Below, in pieces: positions 27,062-39,541 of a stretch of DNA of 64,000 bases. Under the pieces are notes generated by a model. It ran no database searches. It was not told the origin of the DNA and saw only the letters and a program-made list of their open reading frames with translations. Numbering within the stretch: position 1 is the first letter of the stretch; the number at the start of each line of letters is the position of its first letter. Position numbers and translations under genes: made by a program. This DNA comes from Lama guanicoe (Eukaryota), in contig MU053472.1 in the NCBI GenBank assembly GCA_013239625.1, positions 2,763,822 through 2,827,821 on the forward strand, given 5' to 3'.

Positions 27062-30000
27062 GTTCTGATTTAAGATGCCAACACAGGAGGTTCCTAAACT
27101 CACCTCCTCTCATCAACACACTGAATCTATAACTATGTAAGGAACAATTCCCTATGAAAGAAATCCAGAAACTCACAGGGTGATTCCTACACACTGGGTG
27201 AATGAGTAAAAACCCACATCGAAGGGGTAGGAGAAGCTGAGAAACACACTAACCTTATATCCCATGCCCAGTGCAGTGACACAAAACTGGGAGGAACCCA
27301 CAACTTCCAGCTTCTTCCTGCAGAGTGAAAGGTTTGGCTCCTCACAAACCCACACCTGATGCCCCAACTTTTACTTCCACCCTAAAACATCTAGCTTTGG
27401 AAGCCTACAGGGCTTGCGCCCATGAGACCCGTTAGACTATAGCAAACTAAGAGACAGGAAAATAATAAAGCAATGTTAAGAGATCTAAATGAAGAAATAA
27501 ACAGCAATACACTAATAGTAGGAGACTTCAATACCCTACTTTTACCAATGGATAGATCATCCAAACTGAAAATAAATAACACTGGATTTAAATGACACAT
27601 AAGACCAGTTGGATTTAACAAACATTTATAGAACATTCCATCCAAAAGCAATAGAATACACATTTTCTTTAGCATGGACACATGGAGCATTACCCAGGAT
27701 AGATTATGTATTAGAACATAAGTCAAATATTATAAATTTAATAAGACTTAAGTCATATCAAGCATTTTTCCCATCCATAATGGTATGAAACTAGAAACCA
27801 ATTTCAAAAAGAAACCTGGAAAATTCACAAATATGTGAAGATCTAACAACATGCTATTAAATAACCAATGGTTCAAAGAATTCAATAGTGAAATAAAAAA
27901 ATACCTTGAGACTGAAACTGGAAATACAATATAGCAAAACTTAAGGGATGCAGCAAAAGCAATTCTAAGAAGGAAATTCGTACTGATAAATGCATACATT
28001 AAGAAACAAGATCTCAAAAATACAACTTAAACTTTATACCTCAAGGAACTAGAACACAAAGAACAAAGTAAGCCCAAAGTTAGTAGAAGGAGGGAAAGAA
28101 CAAAGATCATAGTGGAAATAAATAGAGACTAGAGAAACAACAGGAAAAAAAATTAACAAAACTAAGCTGAGTTTTGGAAAAGATATGCAAAACAGACAAA
28201 AACTTTAGCTAGTCTCATAAAAAAAAAAAAAGAGGATTTAAAATAAAAAGACATGACAATTGATACCCCAGAAATACAAAGGATCATAAGAAACTACTAT
28301 GAATAATTATATGCTGAAAAATTGAACAACCCAGTAGAAATGGATAAATTTCTATAAACCTACAATCTACCAATACTAAATCATGAAGAAATAAAAAATC
28401 TGATCAGGCCAATTGCTAGTAAGGAGATTGAATTAGTGATCAAAAACCTCCCAACAAAGAGAAGTCCAAGACCAGATGGTTTCACTTGTGAATTCTACTA
28501 AACATTTAAAGAAGAACTAACATCAATCTTCTCAAACTCTTCCAAAAAACTGAAGAGGAGGGTTCACTTTCAAATTCATTTTAAGAGGCCAGCATTACCC
28601 CCAAACCAAAATTAGACTAGGACACTACACATAAAGAAAATTACAAGCCAATATCCCTGATTAACACAGATGCAAAAATCTCCAAGAAAAACAATTTTTT
28701 AAGCAAACTGAGTTCAACAACACTTTAGAAGAATCATTCACCATGAGCAGATGAAATTTATTTCAGGAATGCAAGGATGGTTCAACATCTGCAAATCAAT
28801 TGATACCCAATATCAACAAAATGAAGGTTAAAAATCATATAATCATCTCATAGCTGCAGAAGAAATCCAATACCCATTCATGACACAAATTCTCAACAAA
28901 GTGGGTACAAAAAGAACGAAGGCAAAAATGGTAAGCCCACAACTAATATCATACTCAAGAGTGAAAACTGAAAGCTTTTCCTCCAAGATCAGGAACAAGA
29001 AAGGATGCCCACTCTTACCATTTGTATTGAATATACTCCTGAAAGTCTTAACCAGAGCAATTAACAAAGAGTCACTCAAATGGAAAAAAAAAAGTGTCTT
29101 TGTTTGCAGATGACATGATGTTATATATAGAAAATCTTAAAAACTACACCAAAAAACTGTTGGAACTAATCAACTAATTCAGTAAAGTCAGAGGATTAAA
29201 AAAATCAATATACAAAAATCTATTGTGTTTCTATACAGTAATAGTCAACTATCAGAAAGAAATTAAGAAGACAATTGCATTTACAATTGTGTGAAAAAAA
29301 AATAAAATATCTAGAAATACATATAACTAAGGGGGTGAAAAACCTGTACATTGCAAACTATAAGGCACTGAAGAAAGAAATTGAAGAAGACACAAATAAA
29401 TGGAAAGATATATCATGCTCATGGATTGGAAGAATTACACTGTTAATATGTCCCTACTACTGAAAGAAATCTAAAAGAATCAATCCAACCCCTAACAAAA
29501 TTCCAGTGGTATTTTTTCATAGAAATGGAAAAACAATTCCAAAATTTGTATGGAATGATAAAAGACCCAGAATAGCCAAAGCAACCTTGGTAGAGATGAA
29601 CCAAAAGCATCATGCTTTCTTTCTATTTTTTCTGGAGGCATCATGATTTCTGATTCCAAACTGTATGACAAAGCTAAAGTAATCAAGACAGTATGATATT
29701 GGCTTAAAAACTGACACAAAAATCAATGGAAAAGAATAGAGAGCTCAGAAGTAAACCCTCATATATATGATCAATTAATTTATGACAAAAGAGCCAAGAA
29801 CATACAATGGGAAAAGAATAGTCTCTTCAATTAATGATGTTGAAAAATAAATGGTGTTGGAAAAAACTGGACAGCCACATGGCAAAAGAATCAAACTGGA
29901 TCCCTATTTCACACCACACACAAAAATCAATTCAAAATGGACTAAAGACTTGAACATAAGATCTGAAACCATAAAACTCCTAGAAGAAAACATAAGGGGT

Positions 30001-31217
30001 AAGCTACTTGACATTGGTCTTGGTAATGCTTCTTGGATATGAGGAAAGGCAACAATAATAAAAAATAAACAAGTGGAATTACATCAAGTTAAAAAGCTTT
30101 TGTACAGCAAAGGAAACCTTCAACAACATGAAAAGGCAACCTACCAAATGGGAGAAAATATTTGCAAACTATGTATCTAATAAGGGATTAATATCCAAAA
30201 TATATGGGAACTCATACAACTCGATACAAAAAAAATCTGATTAAAAAGTAAGTAGAGAATCTGTACAGATATTTTTCCAGAGAGACACACAGGTGGCCAA
30301 TAGGTACATGAAAAGGTGTGCAACATCACTAATCATCAAGGAAATCAAAATAATACTGAGATATCACTTCACAACTGTTAGAATGGTTATCATAAAAAAG
30401 ACAAGAGATACCACATGTTGGCAAAAATGTAGAAAAAAAGATGTGCACTGTTGGTGGGAATGTAAATTGTTACAACCAGTACGGAGTTTACTAAAAAGTG
30501 AAAATAGAACTACGATATGATCCAGCAATTCCATTTCTGGGTATTGATCCAAAAGAAATGAAATCACTATCTTGAAAAAAAATCTGTTTATTGCAGCATC
30601 ACTTACAATACTCAAGACATGGAAACAACTTAAGGGTCCACTGATGGATGAATGAATGAAGAAAATGTGGGATATACACATAAAGATAGATAGACACACA
30701 CTGTAATATTATTCAGTCATGAAAAAAGAAGAAAATCCTGCCATCTGCAAAAACATGGATGGATGTTGAGGGCATTATGTTACGTCAAATAAGTGAGAAC
30801 AAGATAAATACTATATGATCTCATTTATATGTGGAATCTAAAAAAAAAAACCCTGAGGTCACAGATACAGAAAACCAGACTGGCAGATGGATAGAGGATG
30901 GATGAAATGGGTGTAGGTGGTCATAAGGCACAAACTTCCAGTTATGAGATAAATAAGCTCTGGGCACGTAATGTATAGCATGGTGACTCTAGTTAACTAG
31001 ACTGTACTGCATATTTGAAAGTTTTTTAGAGAGTAGATCTTAAAAGTTCTTATCATAAGAAAAAAAAATTTGTAACAATATGTGGTGATGGATATTAACT
31101 AAACTCACTGTGGTAATCATTTTGCAATATATACATACACCAAATCATCATTTTATACACCTAAAACTAATTCAATGCTTTGTGCCAATTATATCTCAAT
31201 TAAAAAAAATAAAAATT
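27062..31217 (+). mobile_element. L1 (L1MA-like 3'UTR): 5'UTR joined to disrupted ORF2, ORF1 absent
   Basis: ORF2 motifs IVGDFNT (EN, ~27515), RT region (aagccaatatccctgatt, caaggatggttcaac, tttgcagatgacatg = FADDM), C-terminal cactgttggtgggaatgtaaatt, 3'UTR and A tail. Many stops and frameshifts. Confidence 0.95.
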
Positions 31218-32214
31218 CAGCAGTTCAAAATGAAGAAAAAACAAACCATTAAGGAAGTAATGGTTCAACTGGCTCACAGATATGGCAAAAATCAAGATTG
31301 TAAATGACAAATATGAGAAATCTGTGTGTGTACTTCAATGTGTAATGAGTAAACATTTATCTTGTCTTCTTCATATCCCAGCTAACAAGCACACTTTTTA
31401 GGGAGCTAAAAATAATGATTGTAAAACAGTATTGGATTCTATAGCTAGAATTGTCAATTGCTTGCTTTTGTCACTATCTAGATATAGGATATGGCTTCCC
31501 TTTCTCTGACATACTAAAAATAAAATTGAATAACATAAAGACCATCTTTTCCCCTTCAAAAAAAGGGGCGGGATTATATAAAAAACATAAAAATCAGAGA
31601 TTTCACATCAATCAAAAATCTATAAAGTAAAGAAGATTCATGTAGTTTTTGAAACAGCAAGAAATATTTACTTTGGCAACTAGCTAAATTTAATAAGTAC
31701 TAAAAACCCTGTTCATACATTTCTATTACTTAATGCAGTTTTATTAGACTGCATATTGTGAAAATTTAGTGGGTCACAAACAGCGTTCTGTTTTTTAATG
31801 AACAAACTAAAAATGTGAAATCAATACATGTGACACAAGTAAATAACTGCCTCACGAAACAGTTATTTCAGTTATACGTGCACAGGATCTACACTGTAAA
31901 GTACAATCAATGCAGTTTGTATTATGGGATATGGAAAAATAAAGACCCAAAACTCATTAATAAAAAGGCAACTCTGTCTGTAGCAGGTTCTAAGACGTTT
32001 CATCCACATTGTATCTTGCATGACTAGTAAGATTTTTTTTTCCACATAAAAAATAACACACATGGAATCTATAATCTGTGAACAACACACATTTCAGAGA
32101 GTTGCGCCTAAAATAGCAAGCTACCAGCTATCTGGTTCAAGGTCATAATTAAACGGATTTCTTCACGCACTCATATATTTACCACCAAATTGACTTCAGC
32201 GGAAGGTGGTAAAA

Positions 32215-32790
32215 GTATTTTTTTAACTGACGTACAACAAATACACAGTAATGCATACAAGTCTAAAATATACATCTTGGTGGAATTTTACAATGAACAC
32301 ACCCATGTAACTACCACCGAGATCCGGATATAGAACATAACCAAAACTTCAGAAACCCCACTGGTGGCACTCCTAGTAATTACTCCTTCCCCCAAAATAA
32401 CCACTATCATTGACTTCTATTGCTATAGATGTAGCTTGCCTACTTTTGAACTTTATATGAATGGAATTATATAGTAGGTCTTCTTATTTCTGGCTTATGT
32501 AGCTTAATATTATGTTCATGTGATTCATTCCTACATGCATGTAGCAATAATGAATTTGTTGCCTTTATATGAATATACCAAAATCAAGTTAACTTATTCT
32601 GTTGTGGTGGACATTACAGTTTTATCTACCTGTCAGGAATCACGCTGCTATGAATATTCTTGGATGAGTCTCTGGAAGCATCTTTCGGCTAGGTATAAAT
32701 CTACAAAACGGAACTGCTGGATCATAAATTATGTTTACATCTAACTTTACTAGACGCTGCCAAACCCCTTTCAAAGTACTTTTGTTGTAA
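32215..32790 (-). mobile_element. Old L1 (L1ME-like) 3' region
   Basis: acacccatgtaactaccaccgagatccggatatagaacat...ttttgaactttatatgaatggaattatatagta...gaactgctggatcata. Confidence 0.8.
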
Positions 32791-33164
32791 GAGTATTAAT
32801 ATTACTTTTAATATTGCTTCACTGTAGCCAACTCGTAATAAATTTCAATTGAAATAAAAAACCCTAAACTTTGCCCTTCTCCTACAGATGGTTCTAATGA
32901 GTGTTTGATAATTAACAGTTTTGATAATTCAAACATATGAAGATTGAATAAATTCAAGCATAAAAAGAGGAAATGAAAAGCTTCAAATGCTGAGTTTTGA
33001 AAAATTAAACACATGTAGATTTTGCTCATATAGAATTTTAGAAGACAAAATTAGAATCTTTTCTTTTATTATCTTTTATTTAAAAGCTATTCAATTCAAC
33101 CCAATAAAGCTGGTAACTATCCTCCCCTCACATGTGGTAATAAAGAATACAAAGACATCATGGT

Positions 33165-33450
33165 TCATCCATTAATTCAACATATATTTACCAAGTATTT
33201 ACTACATGCCAAACACTACTGTAGGCGCAAGGGATACAACACTGAATTAAACTGATAACAATCTGGACCCTCAGTCAGCTTACATTTTAGTTGAGAGGAG
33301 ACAAAAACTACAGCATGGGGTGGCAGGGAAGTTGTAATTTTAAATAGGATGGTCAGAGAAGGTCTGACAGAAAAGGTGACACATGATTAAAAACCCAAAG
33401 AAGGTAAGTGAATACGCCAGGCTGAGAATGTAGGGGAAGAGAGTTCTAGC
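33165..33450 (-). mobile_element. L2 3' end
   Basis: ttcatccattaattcaacatatatttaccaagtatttactacatgccaaacact. Confidence 0.75.
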
Positions 33451-34488
33451 AAGTTTTTTCCCTTGAGATAAATAAATAATCTAGTATGTGTATGTAAGTG
33501 GTGGGTTGCAATTAGTAGAGAGAAGGGGAAGGAAATGATGGCTCAGGAAACATACAATGAAAAGGAAAGCATGAAAAAGAAAAAAGATGAAAAACGCTTA
33601 GAGAAACAGAATATGAAGATCAATTCTACAGACTTTCTGCGACATCAAATGATAGCACACCAACTATGTTGTTCTCAAACTTCTCTGAGCCACAGTTTCT
33701 TCATCTTTTCTGTAAAATGATGATAATAATATCACCATGATAATTAAGAGACAAAACTGATTATGTGACAAAACGTTTAGACTAGACTTACATTTCTGTC
33801 AAAAGATACAAAAATCCTAAGACTCAGAATTCTTAGTCAAACATGTGAGCTCAGTGCTAGTGCAACATCACACACCAGTAAGGGGTAAGAGATTTTTTAT
33901 TTTGTTTCGTTTATTTCAAAAAGAAAAGCAACATGTTAATATCAAGAAAAGAAGAGGGCTATAAAGCAGAGGAGGGTTCAGGAAGAAAATGCATTAAGGA
34001 TCGAAAATTTAGCAAACCTGCTTCACCAGTGCAAACAATTAGCTTAACTAAATACTCCATCACAAGAGGGTAAAGATGGATGAGATTACTGCTCCAGAAT
34101 GCTCCTTCTTAATCAACATATTCTTGTCTCCAGAAAATAAAGAGGGCATTCTTTAGTTATTTACACCTGTAACGGTTACCTCACTATGATTACTAATTTT
34201 AAAATGCACAAATCTTCTATTAGACATAAAATACCTCTTGGGTAGTCTAGGAGGAAAGAAGAGATGGAAGAAGTCAGGGGCTGACCATCACCATTTGTTA
34301 ACATTTTCAGATTAAAAAACTAGAGAAGTATTTTTGGAAAGTTCCAGGTAAGTATACAGAGCTTTTTCCTCCTTTTCACGGTCTTAAGTTACCAGCAGTA
34401 AAACTGGCCGGTATCTGCTGCGTCTTTTTCCTTCCTCTCTCTCTGCCTGCTTAGATTTCTGTTGAGAAGAAACCATATGGTAATTCTT

Positions 34489-34525
34489 AGGAAGGAAGGC
34501 AGGCAGGCAGGCAGGCAGGCAGGCA
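34489..34525. repeat. (AGGA)/(AGGC)n tetranucleotide repeat
   Basis: Direct reading. Confidence 0.95.
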
Positions 34526-35240
34526 CTCCTCCTATCAGTGCTTGCCTGGCCTCTACTTGAAATAACAATGGACCCTGTAGCCCAGGAAGAACAACAGTGC
34601 TCCAGACACTCAGGGAAACTGTCTGTGTGTGCAAGATTTATGAGAAATGACACATTACACAAGTAATGCATTTTTCTTTTCTCTTTTTTCCTGTCTCAAG
34701 CCAGTATCTCCTCATGTGATCTCCTCATGTCTCTTCAGAAAGGGTATTTACCAAATCTTAGTTGATGCTAGGGGAAAAAAAAAAATCACCTTTCATTTTT
34801 AGCACTTTATAACAGATTGTATTTTGGTTACAAGTAACTAATGAATAACTTTTATGTCCAGATTCAAATTGGAATTTAAAAAACAGAAAGCATATGACAA
34901 TCTACTGTACATGTGAAAACAATAATACTAGTCTGTGAGGGAAAAAAAAGAAAAAGGTAAAAATGGTTGAGATGAACTTAAACATGCAAAGCTATGAAAA
35001 CTATGTCGGTACAAAATTTACAAAACTGTCAGGGACAGGAAACTTAAGAGACTGAAAACAAAAGATAAAGATAAATGGGTCCATCTCTATTAGGAGAAAT
35101 GTAAATAGTGGGATTCTCTCCTAAGACAGAACCAATCATTCTACTTAAGTTTATAAATAGTCCTGGAAAAAGGAAGAGTTTAAGTTCCAAATCTACAGCA
35201 GAAAAAAGAGGGAAAAAAACAAACAAAAACAAATCTACAG

Positions 35241-35295
35241 ACACAACATTGTAAACTGACTATACTTTAATAAATATATATAAATACAAAAAACC
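35241..35295 (+). mobile_element. 55-bp L1 3' tip with TSD
   Basis: acacaacattgtaaactgactatactttaataaa, the same as the 3' end of the 51210 copy. TSD acaaatctacag at 35229-35240 and 35296-35307. Confidence 0.8.
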
Positions 35296-35329
35296 ACAAA
35301 TCTACAGCTGAAATTAAAATTTTAAAGTA

Positions 35330-35990
35330 GGAAGTGTCAAATTCATGGCAATAAACTGAGGGGAAAAGAGGAAACATGGCAGGTAAGTTTCCAAGTGGAC
35401 AAGAACAAGATGACATATTTAAGGGAAAATTATTTAAATATAAAATAATGGGCTATAAAAGTTTTAAGCTATAAACAAAGAAAAGAGTAGTCTCCCAAGT
35501 AAACAGCTTATTGAGGTCAACAATTTATTAAAAACATCAGCAAAACACATTGCCTACTAGGACTATATAGTTGTAGAAATCTGAAAAAAATGTGTAGTTA
35601 TGTAGTTGTCCCTGGAAAATCACGTGCAGTTCTGACAACTAAATGTTAGAAAAGATATAAGGAATTTAGGAAAAAAAATCCATGGCAGGGGGTATTAAAA
35701 TGATCAGAGTTTTGGGGCTATCAGATATAAAAAGTAAATGATTATCTTCTCTAGAAAGGGGAACCAACTAAAATCTATAAAGGTTTGAAAAGAGGAAAGG
35801 GGATGTATGTTAAAAAAAACTTGCAATACTAGAATGAGGGTGGTACCCTTTATAACATGAAAGAGGCAAATTTCAAACAAATGGAAGCATGGCTTTAAAT
35901 AACAGGCTATGAACTGCTGATGTCTTTACCTTAAGAAGTAGTAAAAATACAAATTTTTACAAGTTTTGATACATTAATTGATGCAGATCC
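35330..35990 (+). mobile_element. CR1/L3 LINE relic (3' region)
   Basis: gtgcagttctg, aaaatgatcagag, aaaatctataaagg, and actagaatgaggg...gaggcaaatttcaaacaaatggaag...tttgatacatt occur in CR1 3'-end order. Confidence 0.55.
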
Positions 35991-38974
35991 CCATCAGGGA
36001 AACAGGACAAAGAAATCTAGAGTACACTTCTACTTCTGAGGAACACTGGATGAATTATCATGCCCACTTAAATGCATGTTTAAAAGCATGACAATCATTT
36101 GTAAGGCCCAAGACAGGAAAATGGGAAGAACGTTCAACCAGAGAAAATTCCTTAAAAAATACTCAGGAAGCGGGGACTACAGATCTATTATGGGCAAACC
36201 AAAAATCTTGACTAATTAGAAATAAAAATATCTTTTGTAATAGGAAATGAGCATAATAGTTATTATGCTGCCTATGTCTTGCATTAACTCTGATCTTAGG
36301 CAAGGACCCCTAGGAGCATTCAGCAGTTACAACAGAGGGTGGGTTTGTATTTAATGTGTTACTGATTTGCAAACTCATGAGCAAAAAAAAGCACATCATA
36401 CATACAGTCTGCTGGTCCAAGTTTCAATGAAAGGGGCCTTTCTAAAGGCATTTTACAAAAGGTGTTTGAAACATAAACCTGAAAAAAAATCTTTAAATTA
36501 GTTCAACAAAGGTAACCTAATGCCTGCCCACTGCTTATTTCTCCCCCATATCTATAAACAGGTGTGCAAATGAAAAGAACAAAGCAGACATAAAACAAAA
36601 CTATTATTTTTCTCCAATGTGTACAGCAAACTAACAAGAAAAGCCTTAAACATTTGTTACTTACCGCACTTTGTAAATCACTGTATTAACCTCTTATTTT
36701 CATTTTTAAATCACTTAATTTCAACTAGAATTGTTTCTTCATTAAAACAACTATTTCTTTTTCTATTTTAATTTGGTCATTGAGAGTTAGTGAGCATTGC
36801 TAAAATAAACAATTTCAAACTTTCATTATTCTGTAGTATCCTTTCCTGTGAGGAATAACTAGCTCAAAATTTTCTACCATGTTCTTTTCCCTAAATTTTT
36901 GTTGCTGTTGTTAGGATAGAAGGTTAGCAGAATAAAATGATTTTCAGGAGGCTGAAATTAAATGTATTCATTAAATTTATTTTTAAAATAAAAGTTTGGT
37001 CGAGATGACATGGTTAAGTATAGAAATGAACATGTAAAAACAAACGGATTCGGGGATGCACACAACAAACAGACATTCACTTGGCAGCTTGCATCAAATT
37101 GCAACTCTTTCCTGTTTAGTTAGTTAATACTACTATAACAATGGGTTAAAGAAATAGAGAAGAGTCCGAAAAGGAAGAAAGATTACAAGTCTGGGAGTGG
37201 AGAGGCAAGAGAAGAATTCAAAATAAAGTAAAACCTTCCTGAGAAAGCAAGTAAAATGAGGCATTAAGAATTCCACTCTAAATCATGCTAAATGTGCTTA
37301 GAAACTACAACTATAGAACTGTTTTAAGTATCTTCTCTTGTTCAACCAAATGCAAGTAAGTGACCTTTGTGTACCAAAGCTAACTGTGCTAGTAGTCGCA
37401 ACATCCTGCAACAGAATCCTTCAAAAGAGACCACTTAAAATTGCTTAATCTTGATGGTACTTTGTGGTAAAATCATGAGCCAGCTCTGAAAGAAGATCTA
37501 GCAGGCCTGTCTTTTCAAAAACTTAACGTTGTTGGGTGTGGCTGCTTGATTCTGAAAAGAGAAACTACAGTGAGCCCCGGTAGCTTTGACTCGGCCTTTA
37601 AATGATAAAGAAATGTGTTAAACATGTGTCGCTAATGTGCATCACGGTAAAGTTTAACCCTTTGCAAACACGCAAGAGAGTCTGAGAGCAGGAAGCTTTT
37701 CTGTGGAACTCCTGACGCAACACAAACCATAGCAGTTACTGCAAAGCTTAATGCAAACCCTCTAGAGTCCACGTTGACAAATTCTTTAACAAGCCCTGTG
37801 GTTACAGGGAAGCTGGTTTCACTCTGACTCACTCCTACTCAAACAGTTTACTGGAAATGAAGGGGAGGGGGAATTTTCAGAGAAGTCATGTGATGGCCAG
37901 ACAAACCACAGCCAGTAAGGTTCAAGAGAGTCAAAAACAGGTCCCAGCAACAACCGACACCCAGAGTGTTCAACTGGCACTGAATTATATGAAAATGCAT
38001 CCTGTTGGGTTTCTGATCATCTACACCCTGAACTCTTTCATAAATCTCTGTATGTGAAAGAACAGATATTTCACAGGGGAAAAACCAGCAGGCATTGACA
38101 TGGTATGTACAACGACAAACACTTCATAGGAAAATGTGCTTAACAAAGAATACCATCAAAGGAATGTTAAAAGCACTTCAGCGAGTATATAATCACTATT
38201 AAATCCTTTCCCATTGTCTCTAAAATCAAATGACCAAACATATATTCTATCATTATCAAAAGAATGTTTAAAAAAAACCTTAATTATCACCTCATACGTA
38301 GGGCGGATGTTCATAGGTAATCTATTCCTGCATAAAAAGAAAGTGCACCGGCCATAAGAATGAGAGCTACGTTACAACTGATGAATTTTTTTTTTTGGTG
38401 TTGCGTGTTTTCACTAAGAAAATAATGTAAATAGCTTGAAATTTCTGAAGGTAGTAAAAGATATTTAAACTTAATTTGGTGGCTTAGTTTCAATAAATCA
38501 GACTAAGTGGCAAGTATTAATTAAATTAAAAAAAGCAGTCCTAAACAGAACCTAAGAAATGCTCCCTTAAAATAAGATTAAATCCAGTGACTATAAAACA
38601 GCCTTTGAGGAACTATTTAATCTAAGATGCTGTACAAACTCATGAATTATACTCAGTAGAAAGCTAACCACTATAAACATGAAGGAAAATACTGTATCCT
38701 TTTAAAAGATGAAGTTTTAAGAAATTTACATTTCTTATTTCTAACCTAATTCTCAATTTCCTATATTGACAGGAGTAATAAGAAACAGTAAGTTTCACAC
38801 AGTCAGTAACCTAATACTTTGTGAAAAAGAATCCAAGTAGCTCGGTCACTTGAAGAGATGTTTAGAAAAGCAAACTTATTCAAACCATATTCTTCTCAGT
38901 AAATATGTACAACATTCCTACCCTATTGTGTAAGTTTTAAACACAAAAATACCACAACCATCCATTCCTCATCA

Positions 38975-39114
38975 TTTCTTTTCTGTTTTTTCCTTTTTGG
39001 CGAGAGGAGGAAATTAGGTTTACTTATTTATTTTTAGAGGAGGTGCGGGGATTGAACCCAGGACCTCGTGCCTGCTAAGCATGCGCTCTACCGCTGGAGC
39101 TACACTCTCTCCCG
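38975..39114 (-). mobile_element. tRNA-Ala-derived SINE (Vic-1-like)
   Basis: Full A and B boxes on the minus strand. Perfect 14-bp TSD tccattcctcatca at 38961-38974 and 39115-39128. Confidence 0.93.
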
Positions 39115-39541
39115 TCCATTCCTCATCAATAATACTGGCTGCGCTAATCTTTTAGGATACATCAAGCAAATACTAATTTTTCAAATTCTTTGAATCTTAA
39201 TGTCTTTAATTTTCCTTTTTCTTTGATTATGCAGCTTACATAATAAGCCATCACAACCACCTTTATTTTTGCTAAAGTATTTAACTTTACAAACATTATT
39301 ATACTTAATGTGAATTAAAGGTTACAAGTCATTTAACTAAGGATGTTTTCTATATTATCTTCAACCATTGCTCTCAGATGATTTTTTTAATTGAATGAAA
39401 GATGAATTTACAGTGCTTTACAATCAGATTATTAAACTCAAATATGAAAAACAGTTCCATCTTTTTTATGTAAGATGACTTCTGTGCTCACTGTATTTTT
39501 TGTTTTATTTTTTATTTTTCACTGGAATAAGACTGAATATT

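Noticed and set aside
27460..30660. Active L1 ORF2
   Set aside because: Numerous stops, frameshifts and internal deletions; only fragments of up to about 80 aa are open on the sense strand.
32178..32213. Hairpin tttaccacc...ggtggtaaa as an ncRNA or terminator
   Set aside because: A 9-bp stem is expected by chance in 64 kb, and there are no miRNA or snoRNA features.
34706..34730. Tandem 12-bp duplication atctcctcatgt (a similar one lies near 43665)
   Set aside because: An ordinary slippage microduplication with no array structure; not CRISPR-like.
36659..36690. Cryptic exon ending at a strong donor GCG|GTAAGT (minus strand)
   Set aside because: The nearest upstream AG has no polypyrimidine tract and would give a 16-nt exon starting with TGA. 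Isolated donors are expected by chance.
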